Below, piece after piece: positions 1 through 7,782 of a stretch of DNA of 64,000 nucleotides. Within the stretch, counting starts at the first letter, position 1, and every line of letters begins with the position of its first letter. Source of the DNA: an uncultured Chitinophagaceae bacterium (lineage in GTDB: Bacteria; Bacteroidota; Ignavibacteria; UBA10030; UBA8401); NCBI GenBank assembly GCA_964371615.1, contig CAYJMS010000003.1:212-64211 (forward strand), in the 5' to 3' direction. The position numbers and the translations under genes were made by a program. The notes below the pieces were generated by a model that was not told where the DNA came from, made no database searches, and worked only from the letters and a program-made list of their open reading frames with translations.

Positions 1-28
1 AAAATCTGCCTCGAAAATAGCACAATCT

Positions 29-832
29 ATGGAACATGAAAATATTAGCCAACCCTCACTTACAGAAAGCGAGAGGATTCTATTCACGGAAAAAGCAATA
101 TCTGCCGGAACAATGCTTGGTGGTCCGTTAGTAGGTGCTTATTTAATTTCAGAAAATTATAAGGCATTAAATAAAAATGATGATGCAAAGAAAACATTAA
201 TATTTGGAATTACTGTTACTCTAGTATTTTTCCCAATATTGCTTTATGTACCTGAACACATCATGGATAGAATCCCTGAACAAGTATTTCACTTTTTTTG
301 GGCTGCAGTTGTATATTTTATCGTCAAAAAGTATCAAGGAGATTCAATCATTGAACATTTAGTAAATGGAGGTAAAAAAGGTTCAGGCTGGATAGTGTTT
401 TTTTCAGGTTTGATTGGAGCAGTAATAACATTTGGTTATATAATTGCATTTGCGTTCGCACTAACACCATACGAAACAGTTTCCCATATACCTTCTGACT
501 TATTGCCGTTGCAAATTGAAAATACTTCTGGTGTTCTCTATTATGATACACTAAATATTAAAGAACCAGATGCAAAAGTTGTTGGATTCTTCTTGACGCA
601 ATTAGGATATTTCAACAGAGAAAGTAACAATGAAGCAGCATATTATAAAAAAGATGAGATATACTATGTTGGAATGGGCATTCCCGAATTTGCTTGGCAA
701 AATGAAGGCATACAGCGGGGCGCTAAATTGTTAATACAACAATTGGCAGCATCTTATCCGAACCATAATTATCAAGTTGTTTTGAGTTCCATTGATTCTA
801 CCGGTGAAGCAAAAGAATTCATTATAAAATAA
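29..832 (+). CDS. Hypothetical membrane protein (cassette gene)
   Basis: 267-aa ORF with several TM segments; stop lies 7 bp before an attC R''. Confidence 0.75.
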   Translation: MEHENISQPSLTESERILFTEKAISAGTMLGGPLVGAYLISENYKALNKNDDAKKTLIFGITVTLVFFPILLYVPEHIMDRIPEQVFHFFWAAVVYFIVKKYQGDSIIEHLVNGGKKGSGWIVFFSGLIGAVITFGYIIAFAFALTPYETVSHIPSDLLPLQIENTSGVLYYDTLNIKEPDAKVVGFFLTQLGYFNRESNNEAAYYKKDEIYYVGMGIPEFAWQNEGIQRGAKLLIQQLAASYPNHNYQVVLSSIDSTGEAKEFIIK

Positions 833-839
833 ATTGGTT

Positions 840-1004
840 GCCTAACACGTCGCTCAAGCGGACGTTGTAACCGCGCCCGCACTTAATATTCGAGTGTTGA
901 GTAATAAACCAACGCCATACGATGCGGGGAAGAAACAAGCAAATCAATCAACAGTCGCGGCGCGCAAAAGCGTTACAACGCCGCTTAGTTCCCATCCGTT
1001 AAGT
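840..1004 (+). repeat. attC site 1 (intact, 165 bp)
   Basis: R'' GCCTAAC 840-846; R' GTTAAGT 998-1004; CTcAAGCGGaCGTTGTAAC pairs with GTTACAACGCCGCTTAG, leaving two extrahelical bases (G and T on the bottom strand). Confidence 0.92.
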
Positions 1005-1023
1005 CGACATTTGTCAGAATTAC

Positions 1024-1242
1024 TTAGAAGTCATACTGGAATACTTCCTCGACGGGTACGCCGAATACTCTTGCAATCCTGAATGCTAAAAGGAGTGATG
1101 GTGCATATTGGTTTGCCTCTAATGCAACGATCGTCTGACGCGTTGCTTCAACAAGATCGGCAAGGGCTTGCTGCGTCATTTCGTTTTGATTGAAGCGATG
1201 CCGTCGGATTTGGTTGTGAAGAACAGGTGTTTTCTTATTCAT
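1024..1242 (-). CDS. XRE/Cro HTH transcriptional regulator
   Basis: MTQQALADLVEATRQTIVALEANQYAPSLLLAFRIARVF is a typical HTH_3 pattern; start at MNKKT chosen. Confidence 0.9.
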   Translation of the reverse strand: MNKKTPVLHNQIRRHRFNQNEMTQQALADLVEATRQTIVALEANQYAPSLLLAFRIARVFGVPVEEVFQYDF

Positions 1243-1243
1243 G

Positions 1244-1654
1244 TTATACACTCTGTTTGTATTGAACAAGTATTGCTACGGAATGAACAATTGTGAATAA
1301 CAGCCATGCTATGAAAACTGAATCTGGGAGCACACTTACAGGAACAACATTCGTGTGATAAATATGCACGGCTATCCACCATGTGCTGACGCTTGCAATA
1401 ACATAAAACAGCCAGAATACCCGAAGCGCAATGAGCATAGCACGACTGTTTATGGCTTGATCGCGCTCATCCATCTGAATTTTGCCGGGTTCAGATTGAG
1501 AACGGGGGAAAGGCAAGAACCAAAGAATTGCGAGAATCGCGAAAGCACCCCAAGCGACGCTCAGATCGATAAGAAGAATTATTGATACAAATACAATAAC
1601 CGACAAAGTGCAAACTGCGAGACTCTGCCAAGCGATTTTTTGTAGCATTGTCAT
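1244..1654 (-). CDS. Small membrane protein (DUF2178-like) paired with XRE regulator
   Basis: 4 TM segments with DERD motif; ATG 1654 preceded by AGGAG. Confidence 0.7.
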   Translation of the reverse strand: MTMLQKIAWQSLAVCTLSVIVFVSIILLIDLSVAWGAFAILAILWFLPFPRSQSEPGKIQMDERDQAINSRAMLIALRVFWLFYVIASVSTWWIAVHIYHTNVVPVSVLPDSVFIAWLLFTIVHSVAILVQYKQSV

Positions 1655-1710
1655 GGTTGATCTCCTTTTCAGTGGCATATATTTATAAAAACGTATGATA
1701 TAACAGACCA

Positions 1711-1739
1711 AATGTAATATATAGCGGACACAATGTCAA
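1711..1739 (-). promoter_or_regulatory. Promoter of the reverse-oriented cassette
   Basis: TTGACA-17 bp-TACATT(TG) on minus strand; repeated ATATA..GGAC/AGAC motifs may be XRE operators. Confidence 0.65.
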
Positions 1740-1807
1740 ATATAAAAGGAATCTTTGCGTAAAATGGTAAAAACGAACAAAAACCCAGAACATGCGTTCC
1801 GCAAGCG

Positions 1808-1970
1808 GCCTAACACGTCGCTCAACCTGAGGTTACAATCGCGATCGTGTCAGAACTGAATTTATCGAGAAATCTAAACACAGATAGCTACACGAAACAG
1901 CATATTAAACTAAAAACGGACTGCAGCCCGCTAAAACATTGCATCGCAGGTTATCTCTAGTCCGTTCGGC
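1808..1970 (+). repeat. attC site 2 (163 bp)
   Basis: R'' GCCTAAC then ACGTCGCTCAA identical to site 1; AACCTG/CAGGTT L boxes; R' GTTCGGC 1964-1970. Confidence 0.85.
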
Positions 1971-2006
1971 GGTGCGAGTTTATATTATAGAAAAGGAAAT
2001 ACTGCT

Positions 2007-2354
2007 ATGAATGATACAACGAAACAACCAATGAACAAACGCGCTCTTACTTCTATGTTTATGTTTTTTGCATTCATTTTGCTGCCGCTTTCCGGAGTTC
2101 CATTGCATTATGCCAGAACGGATGCCGAACCGGGAGTTGTAGAGCATTTCTTAATGAGCATGCACAATATAAGTGCTTTGATTTTCCTTGTTGCGGTTTT
2201 TATTCATCTTGTTTTCAATTGGAATGCACTGACAAAATACATCGTGACTAAAACGGTTGAATATTTTCAATTCAGGAAAGAGATGATCATTGCATTATTT
2301 ACCGTTGTCGCAATAGTCGGTTTGTTTTCATCTCATGCCTTACATACACACTAA
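2007..2354 (+). CDS. DUF4405-like small membrane protein with conserved His
   Basis: 3 TM segments, SG..H and H...HLVFNW motif. Confidence 0.7.
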   Translation: MNDTTKQPMNKRALTSMFMFFAFILLPLSGVPLHYARTDAEPGVVEHFLMSMHNISALIFLVAVFIHLVFNWNALTKYIVTKTVEYFQFRKEMIIALFTVVAIVGLFSSHALHTH

Positions 2355-2368
2355 TCAAATAGGGCGCC

Positions 2369-2661
2369 GTCTCACCAGTCATTCAACCTGATGCTTCGCT
2401 GCGCTCAGCACAGGCTCTGCAAACCGCTCAACGAATCGCAGACCGACGTGCCTGGTGTTTTGAGTGTGGAGAAATTAACTAACACCATATGTCACGGGAC
2501 AGCATTTTTTATTTTAATCTTTTAATCCAGCGCACTGGAACGCCTGCCATGCCTTCGGCATGTAAACGGCAGGCGGGTTTGCACGCACACTACCTGTCCC
2601 CGCCCGCCTGTGGCGTTCGGGCGGGCGCCACGCTTCTTAGCGGAGTTCCAGTCCATTAGAC
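2369..2661 (+). repeat. Degenerate attC site 3 expanded by inserted hairpins
   Basis: GTCTCAC...ATTAGAC cores (GCCGTCTcAC / aTTAGACGGC); GC-rich hairpins at 2541-2575 and 2601-2627. Confidence 0.65.
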
Positions 2662-2684
2662 GGCAGCAGTAAGGAGATCGATCA

Positions 2685-2993
2685 TTGTTAGCAGTATTTT
2701 TACCATTAATTCTCTGGTTGTTCAAGTCGTACATATATTGGATCGTCTTTCGTATCCGTACAATTAAAGTTGCCACAGTAAGCTGTTTTATTATTGGAGG
2801 GGCGCCATATCTTTTAATGATTGTACCTATTCCACTTCCTGTTTTTCTGTCAGCTCCGATTGCAGTCGGACTGGCGGTATATTTAACAATGCACTATACA
2901 GGAGTACACCTTATTCCTAATGGGCTTTTCATTCCTTTGGGAGTCGAAATTTTCTTTGGCATCGGATTCTGGTTGATTCAACATTTGATTTAG
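2685..2993 (+). CDS. Hypothetical membrane protein (cassette gene)
   Basis: Hydrophobic ORF, AAGGAG RBS 8 nt upstream of TTG. Confidence 0.65.
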   Translation: MLAVFLPLILWLFKSYIYWIVFRIRTIKVATVSCFIIGGAPYLLMIVPIPLPVFLSAPIAVGLAVYLTMHYTGVHLIPNGLFIPLGVEIFFGIGFWLIQHLI

Positions 2994-3036
2994 TTCGTTT
3001 TATGTAAATTAAAGTATTTAATTTGTTAAGGTTGCC

Positions 3037-3091
3037 GCTTCACCGGTTACTCAAATTGCCGTGCAAACCGCTTAGCTCCAGTCCGGTATGG
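3037..3091 (+). repeat. Degenerate short attC site 4
   Basis: GCTTCAC-CGGTTACTCAA...CCGCTTAGCTCCAGTCC-GGTATGG resembles both ends of site 1. Confidence 0.6.
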
Positions 3092-3101
3092 CGCAAAAAG
3101 A

Positions 3102-3980
3102 ACGAAAAATATCACTTTAACAATAATTTTGGCATTGATTGTCGGGTGTCAAAAAGCAACATCAATAATAACTCCAAGTAATGATACAACCGGTAGTATT
3201 ATTATACTCAATAGTATAGCAATGAATATTTTTGGGATTGTAAATACCGATACGATTTATGCAGACCAATCCATTATTATGATTGACAGTATAAATGGAT
3301 ATTCGAATGGTTTGATAACACAAGGAGATGGACGATATTTATTACTTAATAAGTCCAAAGGAAAACATTATATCAATATTGAGCATCCCTTTTTTTATAT
3401 GTTTGACTCAGTTATGGATATTACATCTAAAACAATAAATATTAAATTAATTCCAAAAGTAGCGGACTTTCTTCCACTAAAAGTTGGAAACAACTGGATA
3501 TACCAATTTAAAACTAATTCATATGATCATGGGGTCCCTCCGAGGAGGCGCACATCCGGAGTAATTTCAGTTACAATCGATTCAGTATCTTCATCCCCCG
3601 GTCCATATTACATATATAAATACTGGTATGTAAAACAGGTGGAAATAGACACTCTTTATTATGTCGACAATCCCATTGTTCCCCCAGATTCTTTACGATA
3701 TACCAATGTTGAACGACATTATACAATAATTGAAGACTATAGACATGATACTCGATCAAGCATCTCAAATAATGTTTATGACCCATTTATTTTCTTTGAA
3801 AATTTGTATTACTATCCACGTTATAGAATACCGGATAATTCGGGGAATATCGTAGATCACGACAATAATAAATACACAAAAAATATTGGATTTATAGAAT
3901 CAAACATCACTTCGTCTGATCCCAATTATGGGACATATTATGAAAGACAGTATTGGTTAATTTCGTCAAATTTAAAATAA
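3102..3980 (+). CDS. Putative lipoprotein (start codon appears as ACG)
   Basis: In-frame ACG-KNITLTIILALIVG|C gives a complete lipoprotein signal; the ORF track starts later at TTG 3129. Confidence 0.7.
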   Translation, partial: TKNITLTIILALIVGCQKATSIITPSNDTTGSIIILNSIAMNIFGIVNTDTIYADQSIIMIDSINGYSNGLITQGDGRYLLLNKSKGKHYINIEHPFFYMFDSVMDITSKTINIKLIPKVADFLPLKVGNNWIYQFKTNSYDHGVPPRRRTSGVISVTIDSVSSSPGPYYIYKYWYVKQVEIDTLYYVDNPIVPPDSLRYTNVERHYTIIEDYRHDTRSSISNNVYDPFIFFENLYYYPRYRIPDNSGNIVDHDNNKYTKNIGFIESNITSSDPNYGTYYERQYWLISSNLK

Positions 3981-4057
3981 TATTTTGTGCCGTAACCAGG
4001 TACTGTGTAAAAAGTCAAGAATAAGAACGTAACTATTTCAAAGAACACGACAACAGA

Positions 4058-5068
4058 TTAGCGAAGACCAAAATCACGATCATAAGGGACGTTATTTTTC
4101 CAAAGAGTATAAATCAGCAGCAGTAATTTCCGAGCAACAGCAATCAGAGCCAGTTTTTTGTTTTTGCCTTTAGCAATCAATCGTTGATAGAGCGCCTTCA
4201 TTTGTGGATTATGCCGCACGGCAGACAGGGCAGGCATGAAGACGGCATGGCGTAAGAACCTATTCCCTTTTTTAGAGATGGAGGTTTTCCCTCTTTTTAG
4301 GCCCGAATCGTTAAAGACCACGTCATAGCCGGAATAACTGGCAAGTTGTTTTTGTTTAGTTACGAGTTTGAAGCACTGAGTCTCAGCCAGGACCGAGACG
4401 ACAGTCATAAAACCGATTCCTTTTGCCGTGCAGATGTTGGGAACCCGTTCACAAAGGATCGTATCAGTATCAATCAGTTCATGGAGTTCCTGTTCGATCT
4501 GAGCGAGTTGTTTCTCGAGCAAGGCGATAGTTTGCTGTTTGCGTTTAAGAGTTGACTTCAGAGGCTGAAAAGAGTATTTCAGGGCATGTCGCTGGTTTTT
4601 AATTTGGGTGATGGTCTCTTTCAAAGCGTGATATTCTCTGGTCAAGGCCTGCATGGATTTCATGGTTTCGGTAGGCGGAGTCCAGAGATTGAGTTCACGT
4701 TCCAACCCAAAGCGGGTGATCGCAGCAGAATCCAACGGATCGGTTTTGGATTTGGAAGTGAGGGATTTACAATAGTTTTTGATCTTATTCGGCAGAACAA
4801 CGGCAACAGAGCAATGATTTTCAACCAGGAAGTATGCAAGTTGCTGATAATAAATGCCGGTGGCTTCCATAACAAAGATGAGCGGGAGGTCGGGAGAAAT
4901 ACCCGCCGATCGGGTCCATTTCAATAGTTTTTTGAATCCTGACAATACATTATCGAACGATTGATCCGGTGTAAGAACAATGTGGTGCTTGGGATCAATG
5001 GTTCCGAACCGGACGTTGAATGTGTCCATGGCAATATCAATACCGACGATTTGTTTTAGGATACTCAT
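4058..5068 (-). CDS. IS110-family DEDD recombinase/transposase
   Basis: GIDIA, MEATG, KTDPLDS (DEDD RuvC-like); C-terminal SYSG...DSG...ISKKGNRFLR; AAGGAG RBS. Confidence 0.96.
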   Translation of the reverse strand: MSILKQIVGIDIAMDTFNVRFGTIDPKHHIVLTPDQSFDNVLSGFKKLLKWTRSAGISPDLPLIFVMEATGIYYQQLAYFLVENHCSVAVVLPNKIKNYCKSLTSKSKTDPLDSAAITRFGLERELNLWTPPTETMKSMQALTREYHALKETITQIKNQRHALKYSFQPLKSTLKRKQQTIALLEKQLAQIEQELHELIDTDTILCERVPNICTAKGIGFMTVVSVLAETQCFKLVTKQKQLASYSGYDVVFNDSGLKRGKTSISKKGNRFLRHAVFMPALSAVRHNPQMKALYQRLIAKGKNKKLALIAVARKLLLLIYTLWKNNVPYDRDFGLR

Positions 5069-5104
5069 AGAAAAACTCCTTATGTTTGGAGAGAAAATAA
5101 GGGT

Positions 5105-5343
5105 TCATTGGCACTTTCAGTGGTGATCTTGACTCGTCACATTATACAGGATTCCCGTTAATAGGATCCTAAAGTACTGTTCAGATTCTGCTGAAAATAC
5201 AAAGTCATAGGGAGGACGTCTTCTGGTTAACGATATTCTTTCCTGCTTGAAAGATATCTAGTCGCTCTTGCCTCTCCTATGACTTTGCCAATGTTTATTC
5301 GCCGATTCATTGGCGAAGACTTACAATACGGGGTTTTGATACT
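5105..5343 (-). ncRNA. Predicted bridge RNA of the IS110 element (ends approximate)
   Basis: 5' hairpin 5287-5314; target loop closed by 5200-5215/5271-5287 with guides at 5260-5267 and 5223-5229; donor loop with guides at 5172-5180 and 5133-5137. Confidence 0.85.
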
Positions 5344-5425
5344 TGGGTCAACATACGAGTCACTCACATTGACGTGACAACTTGGTTCCAGTCCGTTAGG
5401 CTGCACAGAAAGGAGTGCAATCGAT

Positions 5426-6097
5426 ATGAAAGACAAAATCATAATTGTATTTCTGCTTGTAATTGCGATTCTGCTTTCCTCATCGACAGGATGTAAGAAA
5501 AGTTCATCTTCACCTATCGAGCCTACTGATACCGATACAACCGGCGGCGGCCCTGTTGTTCGTAAGCCCAACATTTATTTATATCCGCAGACTAAAAGTA
5601 TTGTTACGGTAAAATTAGAGTTTCCGCTCGGCGGCAAAGTCATTGAATCAATACCTGCATATCAAGGTGAATGGGTTGTTGAAGTTGAACCATCCGGTAC
5701 AATAAGCGGTCAATACGATTATTTATTTTATGAGAGTCAAACTCCCGACGCATATCAGTATAATTCCGGCTGGATTATTGAGAAAGATAGTCTTGAATGG
5801 TTTTTCAGAGCCAATCTTTCTGCTGTCGGTTTTAATGAGCGTGAAATTACGCACTTTATTGACTATTGGATTCCACGACTCACGGTTTATTCACGCTATG
5901 TTATTTATCCACAATTTTCAAATGAAATTGAAAGAGTGATTAAACTACAAATCGATACAACGCCGGATAATTTATTGCGGCTTTTTTATGTCATTCAAGG
6001 TTCGGATACTATTACGCTGAACTTGTTTGAGCCGGTAATTCCGAAATTTGATAGAAGTGGTTTTGTAGCAACTGAGTGGGGTGTTATATTAAAATAA
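5426..6097 (+). CDS. Lipoprotein, KPxIYLYP-motif hypothetical family
   Basis: Signal peptide ...STG|C; RKPNIYLYP, YDYLFYE, FIDYWIPRL, EWG motifs; AAGGAG RBS. Confidence 0.8.
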   Translation: MKDKIIIVFLLVIAILLSSSTGCKKSSSSPIEPTDTDTTGGGPVVRKPNIYLYPQTKSIVTVKLEFPLGGKVIESIPAYQGEWVVEVEPSGTISGQYDYLFYESQTPDAYQYNSGWIIEKDSLEWFFRANLSAVGFNEREITHFIDYWIPRLTVYSRYVIYPQFSNEIERVIKLQIDTTPDNLLRLFYVIQGSDTITLNLFEPVIPKFDRSGFVATEWGVILK

Positions 6098-6111
6098 ATC
6101 ATTGGTTCAGC

Positions 6112-6228
6112 ACACGAGACAGCAAACGGTAATTGAAACAGTCTACCGCACGCGGCGTACCTGTCCCCGCCCGCCTGTGGCGTTCGGGCGGGCGTCGCGC
6201 TGTGTGGCGGGGTTCCAGCTCATTAGCC
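6112..6228 (+). repeat. Degenerate attC-derived repeat (site 6)
   Basis: Shares TCTACCGCACGCGG..TAC.TGTCC...GGCGG.GTTCCAG..CATTAG with sites 3, 7, 8, 9; R'' not recognisable. Confidence 0.55.
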
Positions 6229-6255
6229 GGCAAGAAAATGTAAGTAGAGGAATAA

Positions 6256-6528
6256 CTAAGCGGCGTGTTCGAGGTTTTGTTTGGCTGCGTATAGATCGCA
6301 CGCTACTTGCAGATTCATCCAGAATTCGGAAGAAGTTTTAAGGACGCGTGCAAGTAGCACAGCAGTTTCTGCAGTCATATTACGTTTGCCGTTGATAAGT
6401 GTATTCACTCTCTGCACAGGCACACCCATTCGGCGAGCCAATTCCAGTTGGCTCAGTTCCATCGGGCGTAAAAACTCTTCTATGAGAATTACGCCGGGAT
6501 GAGTCGGTTTTCTGTTTTTTGGTATCAT
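6256..6528 (-). CDS. higA: HigA-family antitoxin
   Basis: PTHPGVILIEEFL...SQLELARRMGV...EFWMNLQ. Confidence 0.93.
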   Translation of the reverse strand: MIPKNRKPTHPGVILIEEFLRPMELSQLELARRMGVPVQRVNTLINGKRNMTAETAVLLARVLKTSSEFWMNLQVACDLYAAKQNLEHAA

Positions 6529-6539
6529 TTTGAGGCCCT

Positions 6540-6830
6540 TTAATGATAATCAATAATTTGAACATCTTTTGCATTACCTTCAGACCATTCGAAGACAACT
6601 CTGTATTGATCATTGATTCGAATAGAATGCTTCCCTTTGTCATTGCCTTTGAGTGATTCCAATCGATTTGATGGCGGGATCCGAAGATCCATAAGATCGT
6701 GAGCCGCATTCAAAAGGTCGAGCTTTCTCACGGCGATTTTCCAAATGACAGAGGGTATTCGTCTGGCTTGTTTGGTGTCAAAACCATTGAAAATGTCTTC
6801 GGTAGTCCGGTCAAGGAAATTGATTATCAC
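6540..6830 (-). CDS. higB: HigB (RelE/ParE) toxin
   Basis: MIINF...RKLDLL...DLRIPPSNRLESLKG...HSIRINDQYRVVFEW...IIDYH; toxin upstream of antitoxin. Confidence 0.93.
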   Translation of the reverse strand: MIINFLDRTTEDIFNGFDTKQARRIPSVIWKIAVRKLDLLNAAHDLMDLRIPPSNRLESLKGNDKGKHSIRINDQYRVVFEWSEGNAKDVQIIDYH

Positions 6831-6835
6831 GACAC

Positions 6836-6864
6836 AATATACTACTTTAACGGCATACGTGCAA
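6836..6864 (-). promoter_or_regulatory. higBA promoter
   Basis: TTGCAC-17 bp-TATATT, ending 5 nt before the GTG start. Confidence 0.65.
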
Positions 6865-6882
6865 GTGGTATGTATTCTTGCC

Positions 6883-7028
6883 GACGAACAAGGTGCGGTG
6901 GAAAAAGTTGTGAATAATTCACTTACATTAATTCACCAGGACATCACGCGTGGCGGCGAAAGGAAACTAAATATTCTACTGCACACGGATTTCCTGTACG
7001 TCATCGGCGTAATTCCAGTCCTTTAGAT
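6883..7028 (+). repeat. Degenerate attC site 7
   Basis: TTCTTGCCGACGAAC (6875-6889) is complementary at 12/15 to the cassette start ATTAGCCGGCAAGAA (6222); ends TTCCAGTCC-TTTAGAT. Confidence 0.6.
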
Positions 7029-7051
7029 TGCAGTAATATTCATCCGCATAA

Positions 7052-7615
7052 ATGAAAAAATTAATACTCATATTTATTTTGTTTAATGCAAAAGTACATT
7101 CTCAAGAACTTAGACTATTTACTTTTTATGGTGAATTTGGATATGGCTACTCAAAGACTGCGTTTACAAGTGCCAATGGTGGAATCGCAATAAATTTAGC
7201 TATTACCGGCGGATACGATAACTGGTTAGTGAAGTACGCACGAAGGTTGAATAATGAATCTGCACTTATTGCTCCGCAAGAGAAAATAAATGCAAACTCA
7301 TTTTTGATTGGCCGCTCATTTATTTTGCACCAAAGTATCAATGATACTAATGATGTTACTTTAGAATGGAATTTGACAGGATATATCGGATATAGTTCAA
7401 TAGAAAATCAAAAGAGAGGAAAAGTATTACATTCGGATCGGTATACAACCACCTATGAGCATATAGTAGAACACGGTAATGGAGTTCCGATTGAACTTGA
7501 ATTGCAGTGCATATCACCCCACTTTCAGGCAGGTGCAATAAGCGTATTCTATAATGTAAATGAATTCAGGAATTATTACGGAATTAACTTAATGATTTTT
7601 GGGGGATATTTTTAA
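7052..7615 (+). CDS. Secreted/outer-membrane beta-barrel-like hypothetical protein
   Basis: Signal peptide, alternating aromatic/Gly strands, C-terminal Phe. Confidence 0.7.
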   Translation: MKKLILIFILFNAKVHSQELRLFTFYGEFGYGYSKTAFTSANGGIAINLAITGGYDNWLVKYARRLNNESALIAPQEKINANSFLIGRSFILHQSINDTNDVTLEWNLTGYIGYSSIENQKRGKVLHSDRYTTTYEHIVEHGNGVPIELELQCISPHFQAGAISVFYNVNEFRNYYGINLMIFGGYF

Positions 7616-7619
7616 CGCA

Positions 7620-7765
7620 ATCAAACCCAGTGAATTTTTAAAAGTCAATTATCACACACTATTGTAATTCACCAATTCGGCACGCACGACGGAAGACGGA
7701 AACTAAATTATTCTACCACGCACGGCTTACATGTCCGTTTCCAGCGGAGTTCTAATCCATTGCAC
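7620..7765 (+). repeat. Degenerate attC site 8
   Basis: GCAATCAAAC complementary at 8/10 to cassette start TTTAGATTGC; shared AAACTAAAT..TTCTACC..TGTCCG..GCGGAGTTC motif. Confidence 0.55.
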
Positions 7766-7782
7766 TTCAATTGAAAATATCT

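Larger units (their letters stand above)
3998..5359 (-). mobile_element. IS110-family insertion sequence (long 5' non-coding end, short 3' end, CT core at both junctions)
   Basis: AG at 3998-3999 and 5358-5359 (CT on IS strand); removal restores attC; no terminal inverted repeats. Confidence 0.92.
3990..5401 (+). repeat. attC site 5, split by IS110 insertion
   Basis: CCGTAACCAG (3990-3999) + TCACTCACATTGACG...TTCCAGTCC-GTTAGGC (5360-5401) reconstitute a 52-bp site like its neighbours. Confidence 0.8.

Noticed and set aside
3998-5359. IS1111-group assignment or DDE-type target duplication
   Set aside because: Long non-coding end is upstream, no sub-terminal inverted repeats seen; the 2-bp AG/CT is the recombination core typical of IS110
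5227-5574. 115-aa ORF as IS accessory gene
   Set aside because: Crosses the IS boundary, antisense to a cassette gene, and overlaps the structured RNA
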